Made by a program: the position numbers and the translations under genes. The notes under the pieces were generated by a model. The model saw only the letters and a list, made by a program, of their open reading frames with translations. It was not told the origin of the DNA and ran no database searches. From NCBI GenBank assembly GCA_038234075.1, contig JBBSUV010000001.1:93925-157924 (forward strand): a stretch of 64,000 nucleotides of DNA. Direction: 5' to 3'. This document shows, one piece after another, positions 50,795 through 59,634 of the stretch (its first letter is position 1; every line of letters starts with the position of its first letter). The DNA is from Flavobacteriales bacterium. Lineage in GTDB: Bacteria > Bacteroidota > Bacteroidia > Flavobacteriales_F > PHOS-HE28.

Positions 50795-51741
50795 AGATCA
50801 ATTTCATCGACACCGTACATCCGGTGCTCAGCACGCGCCTCACCGTGGCGGGCCATACCTGTGAGGACCTGAGCGAACGCACCGGCGATGATTTCTTCGC
50901 GCAACTGCACGACTCGCAAGGGCTGGTGGTACGCAGCAGGGTGCTGGACGCGGCCACCTTGGACCATGCTCCGAAACTGAAGTTCATCGCCCGCTGTGGA
51001 GCGGGCATGGAGAACATCGACCAAGCGTACTGCGCCGAGCGCGGCATCAGCCTCTACAGCTCTCCGGAAGGCAACCGCGGTGCTGTGGCCGAACACGCCG
51101 TGGGCATGCTGCTCGCCTTGATGAACAAGCTGACCAAAGCGGACCGCGAAGTGCGCCAAGGCATCTGGGACCGGAAGACCAATTCCGGCAGTGAACTGGG
51201 CGGCAGCACGGTGGGCATCATCGGCTTCGGTCAGATGGGCACGGCATTCGCACAGCGCCTCCAAGGTTTTGACGTGAAAGTATTGGCGCACGATAAATAC
51301 CGCCATGGCTTTGCCAATGAGCAGGTGGAAGAGGTCGCCTTGGATGAATTGCTGGAGCGCAGTGATGTGATCAGCCTGCACCTACCGCTCACTGCGGAGA
51401 CGGATCACTATGCCAATGCGGGCTTTTTTGAACGCTGTGAAAAGCCGGTCTGGTTCATCAACACCGCCCGTGGCCCGTTGACGGACACCGCCGCCTTGTT
51501 GGACGCCATCGATGCCGGGAAGGTGCACGGCGCCTGCTTGGACGTGCTTGAATACGAGGAGCGCACCTTGCTTGGTCTGAACGCAGAACAACAGAACCCG
51601 GTGCTCAAGCGGCTTGACGCGAATGACAAGGTGCTGCTTTCACCGCACGTGGCGGGCCTTACTGCGGAGAGCTACTTCAAGCTGGCGAACGTGCTGGCGG
51701 ACAAGATCCTGAACGACTTCGCGAACGGGAAGCTCTCGTAG
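50791..51741 (+). CDS. D-isomer-specific 2-hydroxyacid dehydrogenase (phosphoglycerate dehydrogenase-like)
   Basis: NAD-binding GxGxxG (GIIGFGQMG) and catalytic-domain conservation. Start overlaps the mgtE stop (ATGA). Confidence 0.75.
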   Translation: MKINFIDTVHPVLSTRLTVAGHTCEDLSERTGDDFFAQLHDSQGLVVRSRVLDAATLDHAPKLKFIARCGAGMENIDQAYCAERGISLYSSPEGNRGAVAEHAVGMLLALMNKLTKADREVRQGIWDRKTNSGSELGGSTVGIIGFGQMGTAFAQRLQGFDVKVLAHDKYRHGFANEQVEEVALDELLERSDVISLHLPLTAETDHYANAGFFERCEKPVWFINTARGPLTDTAALLDAIDAGKVHGACLDVLEYEERTLLGLNAEQQNPVLKRLDANDKVLLSPHVAGLTAESYFKLANVLADKILNDFANGKLS

Positions 51742-51765
51742 TCCCTTCCGCGGTCCCGGAAAAAC

Positions 51766-51920
51766 AGCTCCCTCAGCGGTCTGCCGAAAGGGACCCTGAG
51801 GCAAACCGGCATCAACGTCCACTGCGTGAAACGTTGATGGAACTAGCTCCCTCAGTGATCTCCCGAAGGGGATCCTGAGGACACGCAAGCATCAACGTCC
51901 ACTGCGTGAGACGTTGATGG
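51766..51920. repeat. Tandem (x2, about 79-bp period) dual-hairpin repeat element
   Basis: Unit 1 is 51766-51840 and unit 2 is 51845-51920. Each unit has hairpin A (ccctcag…ctgagg) and hairpin B (catcaacgt-N12-acgttgatg). Confidence 0.75.
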
Positions 51921-51946
51921 GACACTCTACCTTGGCAGCCACAACG

Positions 51947-52780
51947 ATGCTCAACACCACCCAGGTCCACGGCCACCGCGGTTGCGATGATGCCGTGCCC
52001 GCTAACACCATTCCCGCCTTTCTGCTGGCTGCATCCACCGGATGCCAATGGCTGGAGATGGACGTGGTGATCACCGGCGACGGACAGGTGCTCGTAAGCC
52101 ACGAACCGTGGATGGACCATCACATCTGCCGCGATCCGGAAGGGCGTGTGATGAGCGAGGAAGCAGGTCGTGCGATCAACATCTTCGAGCTTCAACTCAG
52201 CGAGGTGCAGCGCTTTGGATGTGTTCCGGCGAACAGCACGAAAGGTCTTGCAACACAAGCCAGCTGGTATAAGCCCACGCTCTCTGAATTGGTCCGCGCG
52301 GTTGACGCTCATGCGGCTGAACGGAATGCGACTCCTCCTTCTTTCAACATCGAAGTGAAGAGCGAGCCGCAGTTGTACGGCACCTATCAGCCTCCTCCGG
52401 ATCGTTTCGCGGAGCTGGTCCTTCGCGAAGTGATGGCCTTGGATATCGAGCACCGCTGCATCATGCAAAGCTTCGACCCTGCGGTGCTGGAAGCCATGCA
52501 CGCCTTGGCGCCCCATCTGCAACTGGCGCTATTGGTGGACAATGCGGATGGCATCCAAGCGAACCTCGCTCGGTTAAGCTTCACCCCATACTATTACAGT
52601 CCTGCATTTTCCATCGCCGATACGCGCTTGGTCGAGGCACTTCGCGAAAAAGGCATCGGGCTGCTGGTCTGGACGGTGAATGATGAAGCCGATATGCTCC
52701 GGATGCTGGACCTCTGCGTGGACGGCCTCATCACGGACAAGCCGAAGCAAGCGATGGCGTTGATCGCCGAACGTCAGTGA
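51947..52780 (+). CDS. Glycerophosphodiester phosphodiesterase family protein
   Basis: HRG motif near the N-terminus and GDPD family conservation (E…D…H). Upstream alternative starts at 51914/51917 are possible. Confidence 0.75.
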   Translation: MLNTTQVHGHRGCDDAVPANTIPAFLLAASTGCQWLEMDVVITGDGQVLVSHEPWMDHHICRDPEGRVMSEEAGRAINIFELQLSEVQRFGCVPANSTKGLATQASWYKPTLSELVRAVDAHAAERNATPPSFNIEVKSEPQLYGTYQPPPDRFAELVLREVMALDIEHRCIMQSFDPAVLEAMHALAPHLQLALLVDNADGIQANLARLSFTPYYYSPAFSIADTRLVEALREKGIGLLVWTVNDEADMLRMLDLCVDGLITDKPKQAMALIAERQ

Positions 52781-53826
52781 CGCGTTTCCTGCAAGAGCGC
52801 CGCTACATCCTTCTCCAGCACATCCAGGTCCGCCGACCATTGCTGCTGGTCCTGTTCCGCGCCGGGTGCCATGAGCCTCGCGCATAAGGGTGCAAAACGC
52901 TCCTCATCGAAGCTGATGAGTTGCGGCTTTAGTGAATGCACCACGCGGGCCACTTTGGCGTGATCACCTTGTTCCCTTGCCTGACGCAGGGTTATCAATC
53001 GCTCCGGCGCTGACTTCCGGAACATCGCCACCACCACCGGGTCCATGGCTTCATCCAAGGCGAATGCCGGATCCTTATACAGGCCACTCTTCGGAATGGA
53101 ACAGGCCACATCTTCCTGAACAGGAGGTTCCTTCAGCCGGTTGACCGGCTTCTTCAAGGTGTCGACCTCGCTGCGCAAGGCTTCGATGGAAGCGTGCAAC
53201 CTGCGGCTCGTGCTACCCATGCGATAGAGCAGGCCGATCACCAGCAATACGCACACGCCGGCCGCAGCCAGCGCGATCCACATCCAGCGGTCCGCATTGT
53301 GCTGCACATCCACGAGCGCCACTGCAATGCGCCGTTCACGCTCCGTTCCCGCCTGCACGGAGCTGTCCCTGTCCGCCATCAAGCGGGCCATTGTCATGGC
53401 ATGTTGGTCGTTCAGGCTGTCCCGTTGACGCGATGCACTTAGGCGTTCCAACGAATCACTCAGCAACAATTCGGCATAAGCCGAAGCCTTATCCCCGGCG
53501 CTGGCATAGCGGCTGGCGAGGTCCCGTCGGACGATGGCCTCCAGGTCGGGGCGGCCCATGTCGTTGGCGATCGCGGTTGCTTGCTTCAGCAGAAGCACGA
53601 CCTCATTTTTCCGGACCAAGTTCACCAAGCGCATTCTTCCGGCGAAGGCGGTAGGTAGGTCACCCGTGCTATCCGCCAAGGCCAATGCAGCGCGCTGCTC
53701 GGCAACCTCAGCCTTCAAACTGTCCGCTGCGATCGTGGCCGGCTGTGCGAAAAGCTGCATGGACCAGCCAAGGCAGAACACCAATGCCAAGCAGGTGAAG
53801 GCATAGCGGGGGATCGATCGGGCCAT
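52774..53826 (-). CDS. Membrane-anchored protein with C-terminal HPt (histidine phosphotransfer)-like domain
   Basis: Signal/TM segments and coiled-coil regions. The C-terminal VARVVHSLKPQLISFDEERFAPLCARL resembles an HPt motif. Confidence 0.4.
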   Translation of the reverse strand: MARSIPRYAFTCLALVFCLGWSMQLFAQPATIAADSLKAEVAEQRAALALADSTGDLPTAFAGRMRLVNLVRKNEVVLLLKQATAIANDMGRPDLEAIVRRDLASRYASAGDKASAYAELLLSDSLERLSASRQRDSLNDQHAMTMARLMADRDSSVQAGTERERRIAVALVDVQHNADRWMWIALAAAGVCVLLVIGLLYRMGSTSRRLHASIEALRSEVDTLKKPVNRLKEPPVQEDVACSIPKSGLYKDPAFALDEAMDPVVVAMFRKSAPERLITLRQAREQGDHAKVARVVHSLKPQLISFDEERFAPLCARLMAPGAEQDQQQWSADLDVLEKDVAALLQETRH

Positions 53827-53915
53827 GGCGCGAATCTATTGACCGACCGCCTATTTTTCGTAGGTCCGGTGCATGTAGCGGCACCGTAGCTTTCCGCCCG
53901 GCCGTCCGCACACCG

Positions 53916-55190
53916 ATGGGAACCTTCGCCACCTTTTCCTTGTTGATCGTTATCGCGGCGCTTTTCGCCTACGTGAATTTCCGGGTGTTGAAGCTGCCTT
54001 CTTCCATCGGCCTCATGTTCTTGGCGCTGCTGTTCTCGGTGCTGCTGGTGGCGGTGGGCAAAGCCATGCCGCACCTGCTGGGCGATATGCGCGGCCTGGT
54101 GGAGCACCTGGATCTTTCGCGGTTGCTGATGAACAACATGCTCGGCTTCCTGCTTTTCGCCGGAGCGATCCATATCAAGATCGACGTGTTGCGGCAGGAG
54201 AAATGGGCCGTGATGGCGCTTTCCACCGTGGGTGTGATCACGAGCACGATGTTGGTGGGCACCGTCATGTTCTACCTGTTGGCAGCCTTCGGTATCCAGA
54301 TGGAATACCTGCACTGCCTCTTGTTCGGTGCGCTCATCTCCCCTACCGATCCCATTGCGGTGCTCGGCATTTTGAAAGAGGCGAAAGTGCCGCCGTCGTT
54401 GGAGATGAAGATCGCCGGGGAATCGCTCTTTAACGATGGCGTGGCGGTGGTGGTATTCCTCACCATCCTGGAGATCTCGGAAAGTCCCAGCTCCTTCGGC
54501 GGGACGGATGTCGCCGTGCTTTTCGTGCAGGAGGCCGTAGGCGGCATCGCGTTCGGGCTCGCCATCGGTTACATCGCGTTCCTGATGATGCGCAGTATCG
54601 ACAACTACAAGGTGGAGGTATTGATCTCGCTCGCGGTGGTGATGGGTGGATACTCACTGGCGCAGGCGCTGCATATCTCCGGGCCCTTGGCCATGGTGGC
54701 GGCGGGGATCTTGATCGGCAACCACGGCAAGAAGCACGCGATGAGCAAGACCACGGAGGAATACGTGGACAAATTCTGGGAGCTGATCGACGAGATCCTC
54801 AACGCCGTACTCTTCGTGCTGATCGGGCTGGAACTGCTGGTGGTGAAACTTGACCCGATCCACTTCGTTGTAGGTGGGATCGCGATAGTGCTGATCCTGT
54901 TAGTGCGCTATGTCTCCGTCTGGGTGCCGGCTCAGCTGATCCGTTTCCAAGAACGGATGCGACATCCGACCCTTTTGATGCTCACGTGGGGCGGACTTCG
55001 CGGTGGCATCTCCATTGCAATGGCCATTTCCTTGGGCGATTCGTTCGATCGCGGGCTGTGGATCACATTGACCTACATCGTGGTCACCTTCTCCATTCTC
55101 GTGCAGGGCACCACCATCGGCAAGCTTGCCCGGCGTTTAAAAAAGCAGAAAAAAGAGCGGGAGGCTACTTCACCACAAAGCGCGCGGTAG
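53916..55190 (+). CDS. Na+/H+ antiporter (CPA1/NhaP type)
   Basis: 10-12 TM segments and cation/H+ exchanger family motifs. Confidence 0.8.
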   Translation: MGTFATFSLLIVIAALFAYVNFRVLKLPSSIGLMFLALLFSVLLVAVGKAMPHLLGDMRGLVEHLDLSRLLMNNMLGFLLFAGAIHIKIDVLRQEKWAVMALSTVGVITSTMLVGTVMFYLLAAFGIQMEYLHCLLFGALISPTDPIAVLGILKEAKVPPSLEMKIAGESLFNDGVAVVVFLTILEISESPSSFGGTDVAVLFVQEAVGGIAFGLAIGYIAFLMMRSIDNYKVEVLISLAVVMGGYSLAQALHISGPLAMVAAGILIGNHGKKHAMSKTTEEYVDKFWELIDEILNAVLFVLIGLELLVVKLDPIHFVVGGIAIVLILLVRYVSVWVPAQLIRFQERMRHPTLLMLTWGGLRGGISIAMAISLGDSFDRGLWITLTYIVVTFSILVQGTTIGKLARRLKKQKKEREATSPQSAR

Positions 55191-56418
55191 TGCGTGAGCG
55201 CTGCTCGATCAACGGCTCCTTGCCGTTCAGCAGGCGCTTCAGTGTAGCCTCATCAAAGTGCCGGACGGTGATCAGTTCGCAGCCTTCATTGTAACGGACC
55301 TCGTATTCACTCTGCAGTTCCTCGATCAGTTGCCGGGCGCGGGGTGAATCATCCACGGCCACGGTGAAAGCCAACGCGCTGTTCTGCATCAGCTCGATGC
55401 GCACCTGTCGGTCAGCGAAGCACTTGAAGATGCCGCTGAGGTTCTCCTCCACGATGAAGCTGAGATCGCGAGGAGTGATGCTGATGAGCAACTGCATCGG
55501 CTTCACGATGAAGGAAGGAACGAGCGTATCGCGATCGGTAGCATCGCTGATGGTGGTTCCTGCTGCATCCGCATCCTGGAAGGAGCGCACGTAAAGCGGG
55601 ATGTTCTTGCGTTGCAAGGGTTGCAGCGTTCGCGGGTGGATCACACTCGCACCGAAATAGCTGAGTTCGATCGCTTCGCGGTAACTGATCCGTTCCAACA
55701 AGGTGGTATCCGGAAAGCGATTGGGGTCCGCGTTGAACATCCCGGCCACATCTTTCCAGATGGTCACGCTTTCAGCATCGAGCAGGTAAGCGAAGATGGC
55801 TGCGGAGAAATCGGATCCTTCACGGCCGAGCGTGGTGGTGGTGCCGTTCTTCGCTCCACCGATAAAACCCTGTGTGACCATACGGAACGGCGTATCCGGC
55901 ACAACAGCCCGCATAAGAGCGGCCCCTTCGGCACTGGCGTCCCAATCCACTCCGGCGCCGCGGTGCTTATTCTCCGTCCGGACCACGGTGCGGGCATCCC
56001 ACCACGTATTTGCAATGCCGCCCGCGTTCAAGTGGGCATTCACGATCACGCTGCTCCAGAGTTCACCAAAGGAGACCACCTGGTCATAATGAAGCTCGAT
56101 GTTCTGTGTCGCCGGATGTCCCAAAATGCTCCGCAAGGCATGGAAGTGGTCGGCTAATAGGTTGCCGGCTTCCTCATCATTCGGGGCCACCTCGCCGAGC
56201 ACTTCGGAATGGACCTGTTCCAATGCATCCACTTTATCAACGGTCGGCCGACTGTCGATCCACGCCCACACCACTTCTTCCAACGCATTGGTGGTCTTGC
56301 CCATCGCGCTTACCACGATCACGAGGTCGTCAAGGCCATAACGCTTCACTACCTCCGCCACGTTGCGCACGCCCGCCGCGTCCTTCACACTGGCACCACC
56401 GAATTTGAAGACTTTCAT
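55165..56418 (-). CDS. lysC: Aspartate kinase
   Basis: [12 protein letters not shown]-terminus, amino-acid kinase domain, C-terminal ACT domains. Confidence 0.88.
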   Translation of the reverse strand: MKVFKFGGASVKDAAGVRNVAEVVKRYGLDDLVIVVSAMGKTTNALEEVVWAWIDSRPTVDKVDALEQVHSEVLGEVAPNDEEAGNLLADHFHALRSILGHPATQNIELHYDQVVSFGELWSSVIVNAHLNAGGIANTWWDARTVVRTENKHRGAGVDWDASAEGAALMRAVVPDTPFRMVTQGFIGGAKNGTTTTLGREGSDFSAAIFAYLLDAESVTIWKDVAGMFNADPNRFPDTTLLERISYREAIELSYFGASVIHPRTLQPLQRKNIPLYVRSFQDADAAGTTISDATDRDTLVPSFIVKPMQLLISITPRDLSFIVEENLSGIFKCFADRQVRIELMQNSALAFTVAVDDSPRARQLIEELQSEYEVRYNEGCELITVRHFDEATLKRLLNGKEPLIEQRSRTTARFVVK

Positions 56419-56894
56419 CGCGCTGCCAAGGTGTGCATTTGTTGTTCTGTCAACTCCCCGTTCAGCCATCCGGTGGAGATGTCTGCCCCGAAACGTTCAT
56501 AGAACCGGATCGCATCCGTATTCCAATCCAGCACCTGCCAACGCATCCAGTGGTACCCGTTCGTTGCACCGTGTTCAACGCATTGGCGGAACAAGCGCTC
56601 TCCGATCCCTTGGCCCCGGGTAGCGGCTGTCACAACAATATCCTCCAAGTAAAGGCAACGGCCCTTCCACGTGGAATAGCGATCATAGCACAAGGCAATC
56701 CCTAGGATCCGGCTATCCGCTTCCGCCGCGACCCATCCGAACCAGATCGGCTTGTCCCCGAAACCAGCATCCAGCATCTCCGCTTCGGTCACGGTCACCG
56801 CTTCCGGCTCCTTCTCGAATAATGCGAGCTCCTTCACCAAAGCCAGCATTTGCGGCACATCGCGGGCTTCCGCCTTGCGGATCGTGATCTCCAT
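56415..56894 (-). CDS. GNAT family N-acetyltransferase
   Basis: RGQGIGERL acetyl-CoA binding motif. Stop overlaps the lysC start (ATGA). Confidence 0.75.
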   Translation of the reverse strand: MEITIRKAEARDVPQMLALVKELALFEKEPEAVTVTEAEMLDAGFGDKPIWFGWVAAEADSRILGIALCYDRYSTWKGRCLYLEDIVVTAATRGQGIGERLFRQCVEHGATNGYHWMRWQVLDWNTDAIRFYERFGADISTGWLNGELTEQQMHTLAAR

Positions 56895-56987
56895 GGTGCC
56901 CAAAGATCGCGCACAGCCGATATTTGCAGCGGATCATTCATCGGCGGTCATTTTCTGATCGTCCGATCTTCTGATCTTCTGATCAAC

Positions 56988-57959
56988 ATGGCGAACATCA
57001 CCACCCTCTCGGAATTCATCATTGAGCGCGAAAAGGATTTCCCTTTCGCCACCGGCGACCTCTCGCAATTGCTCACCTCCATCCGCTTGGCCGCTAAGCT
57101 GGTGAACCGGGAAGTGAACAAGGCCGGCTTGGTGACCGAGATCCTCGGAGAAGCCAACGCGCACAACATCCAAGGCGAGCAACAGCAGAAGCTGGACGTC
57201 TACGCCAACAATCACTTCATCAACGCGATGCGCAACCAGGGTGCTGTATGCGCCGTGGCAAGCGAAGAGGAGGACGAGCACATCGTCTTCGATAACCCTG
57301 CCTCACTGAACGGCAAATACGTGGTGGCCATGGATCCTCTGGATGGCTCCAGCAACATCGACGTGAACGTTTCCATCGGCACCATCTTCTCCATCTACCG
57401 CCGGCTGGATCCGGAAAAAGTGACCTTGGAAGATTTCCTCCAACCCGGTAACCAGCAAGTGGCTGCGGGCTATGTCGTCTATGGCAGCAGCACCATGCTC
57501 GTGTACTCCACCGGCAACGGCGTCAACGGCTTTACGTTGGACCCCAGCATCGGCGTGTTCTGCCTCAGCCACCCGAACATGCAGGTGCCCAAGGATGGCA
57601 GCATCTATTCTGTGAACGAGGGCAACTACTTCGACTTCACCGACAATGTGCGCGGCTACATCGACCGCTGCAAAAGGAAGAAGATGAGCGCACGCTACAT
57701 CGGCAGCTTGGTGGCGGACTTCCACCGCAACTTGCTCAAGGGCGGTATCTACATGTATCCCGGCACCAAGGACAAGCCGAACGGCAAGCTGCGTCTGCTC
57801 TACGAGGCCAATCCCCTCGCCATGTTGATCGAGCAAGCTGGTGGCAGCGCTACTGACGGCACCACCCGCATACTGGACCTTCAGCCCAAGGAACTACACC
57901 AGCGTTGTCCCTTGTTCATTGGCAGCTCGGCGATGGTGGAGGACGTGATGAAGTGGTGA
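56988..57959 (+). CDS. fbp: Fructose-1,6-bisphosphatase class 1
   Basis: [10 protein letters not shown] metal-binding motif, FBPase class I. Start at MANITTL. Confidence 0.88.
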   Translation: MANITTLSEFIIEREKDFPFATGDLSQLLTSIRLAAKLVNREVNKAGLVTEILGEANAHNIQGEQQQKLDVYANNHFINAMRNQGAVCAVASEEEDEHIVFDNPASLNGKYVVAMDPLDGSSNIDVNVSIGTIFSIYRRLDPEKVTLEDFLQPGNQQVAAGYVVYGSSTMLVYSTGNGVNGFTLDPSIGVFCLSHPNMQVPKDGSIYSVNEGNYFDFTDNVRGYIDRCKRKKMSARYIGSLVADFHRNLLKGGIYMYPGTKDKPNGKLRLLYEANPLAMLIEQAGGSATDGTTRILDLQPKELHQRCPLFIGSSAMVEDVMKW

Positions 57960-57986
57960 TGTAACTTCACGGCTGGATCAACTATC

Positions 57987-58154
57987 ATGGACAAACTGGC
58001 CAATAAGAAATCGCGCCGAAAGGCCGTCATTAAAAAAAGTGTACCCAAAACGCCCAAACGGAAACTTCCGGACGTGCGCAAATTCGCTGGTACCGTACCA
58101 GGCATGGACAAGTGGGCATTGGAGGAAGTAAGGCGCATGCGCGATGAGTGGTGA
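57987..58154 (+). CDS. Small putative antitoxin (55 aa) upstream of VapC
   Basis: ORF MDKLANKKSRRKAVIKKSVPKTPKRKLPDVRKFAGTVPGMDKWALEEVRRMRDEW. Its stop overlaps the vapC start. Absent from the ORF track (under 60 aa). Confidence 0.45.
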   Translation: MDKLANKKSRRKAVIKKSVPKTPKRKLPDVRKFAGTVPGMDKWALEEVRRMRDEW

Positions 58155-58512
58155 GCGCATTCTCGCCGACACGAATGTCCTTATTCGCATGTTTGCTGGA
58201 GATGAGGCGATCGTTGATCTGCTCGATGGGGCTGATATCCATGTTTCTTTCATCACCGAGATCGAACTGCTAGCCACTTCCCGGATCACCGTTGCCCAAA
58301 CAAAGAACATCCGGGCCTTTCTTGATCAGTGCCGCATCATTGGAGCGGAACTGGATGTACGTAAATATGCGATCGAATTTCGCAAGGCGTCCGGACTTAA
58401 ACTACCAGATTGCATTATTGCTGCAACGGCTGCCTATCTGAACATGCCCTTGGTTACCGGCGACAAGCAATTCTCTCAATTGGAAAAGGAAATCGCTCTT
58501 TTCCGCGTGTGA
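58144..58512 (+). CDS. vapC: PIN-domain ribonuclease toxin VapC
   Basis: ILADTNVLI (Asp1), …EIEL…, DCIIAATA and PLVTGDKQF are characteristic PIN/VapC acidic residues. Confidence 0.75.
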   Translation: MSGERILADTNVLIRMFAGDEAIVDLLDGADIHVSFITEIELLATSRITVAQTKNIRAFLDQCRIIGAELDVRKYAIEFRKASGLKLPDCIIAATAAYLNMPLVTGDKQFSQLEKEIALFRV

Positions 58513-58567
58513 CGGATACCTACCTGCCAATTACACGCTTCCTGTGGACAAGCGCTGTGACTTCCAC

Positions 58568-59014
58568 CTACCTCGTCAGCTTGAATATGACCGGCACGGT
58601 AACCCGCGAGTTCACCGTGACGCCATTATTCATTGCCGGCGTCCAAAGGGGCATGGTCTTTACCACGCGGACGGCTTCACGCTCCAAGCCTATACCACCC
58701 GGAACTCCACGCAATACTTGGACATCATCCACCGAGCCATCGCGCTGCACTACGAACTGCAGGATGACCTTGCCCTCGATACGGTCCTCCTGCTCTTCTT
58801 CCGGATAGATGATGTGTCGCCCGAGATAGGCGATCATGGCGGAAAAGCCACCCGGATATTCCGCGCTTCGTTCCACTGAAGTGAAAATGCTGAGCGTATC
58901 GGGTGGGAGCGCTTCGAACGGTACTTCGGTGTCCGGCTCTACCGCGTGTGGCGCCACTTGAGCTAAGGCCGCAACGGAAAGCAGGAAGACCAAAGGAAGG
59001 ATGAGCAAGCGCAT
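58568..59014 (-). CDS. TonB C-terminal domain protein (energy transducer TonB-like)
   Basis: Signal/anchor region followed by a TonB_C-like domain (YPEEEQEDRIEGKVILQFVVQRDGSV…). Confidence 0.65.
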   Translation of the reverse strand: MRLLILPLVFLLSVAALAQVAPHAVEPDTEVPFEALPPDTLSIFTSVERSAEYPGGFSAMIAYLGRHIIYPEEEQEDRIEGKVILQFVVQRDGSVDDVQVLRGVPGGIGLEREAVRVVKTMPLWTPAMNNGVTVNSRVTVPVIFKLTR

Positions 59015-59110
59015 GGCCGAAAGTTAGGTGTGGCCCACCGGCGCTTGCAGCGCGAGCCTGCATGCCGGAGGTATGGCGTGCGAGGTAGGCGCTTGTAGCG
59101 CCAAACATCC

Positions 59111-59545
59111 TTACTCCACCATCATCCGCGCGATCAACGCCCGCACCCGTATTCGGTCCGTCATCCCCGAAATGCGGTACTCGGTCCCTGCCGTGAAGTT
59201 GATCACCAGATCCATGTCGTCCGCCACGCCAAGCGTGAACGGCCTTCCACCGGACCAGCCCATGGCCAGATGCTGCAAACCCGGTAGCTCACGGAAGGTG
59301 TGCCGATCAGGCGCATAGCTCTTCATGGCTTCACCGGCGGTGCTCATCTGTTGCCCTTTCACCACGGTGAACGGGGCATGGTTCCGATACAGCTTCCAAG
59401 CCGTTGCATTCGCCGAGGCGGAGGTGTACTTCCCCGGCGGAAGTTGCTTGAAGACATGGATGCTGTCGATGCGTTGGGCTTGCACAGCACCAACAGCCAT
59501 AAAGAGGCAAAGGCCGAGCAACTGCGGAGCGAGCGTACGTATCAT
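59111..59545 (-). CDS. Hypothetical secreted protein
   Basis: Signal peptide MIRTLAPQLLGLCLFMAVGAVQAQ. No recognisable domain. Confidence 0.4.
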   Translation of the reverse strand: MIRTLAPQLLGLCLFMAVGAVQAQRIDSIHVFKQLPPGKYTSASANATAWKLYRNHAPFTVVKGQQMSTAGEAMKSYAPDRHTFRELPGLQHLAMGWSGGRPFTLGVADDMDLVINFTAGTEYRISGMTDRIRVRALIARMMVE

Positions 59546-59634
59546 GTGGTGCGAATCTACCAGTGCTTCGTCCTGCTCCGAAGCTTGGAATGAACCATTT
59601 TCACCCACACCTGTACTGGGCATAGTGGCCATCT

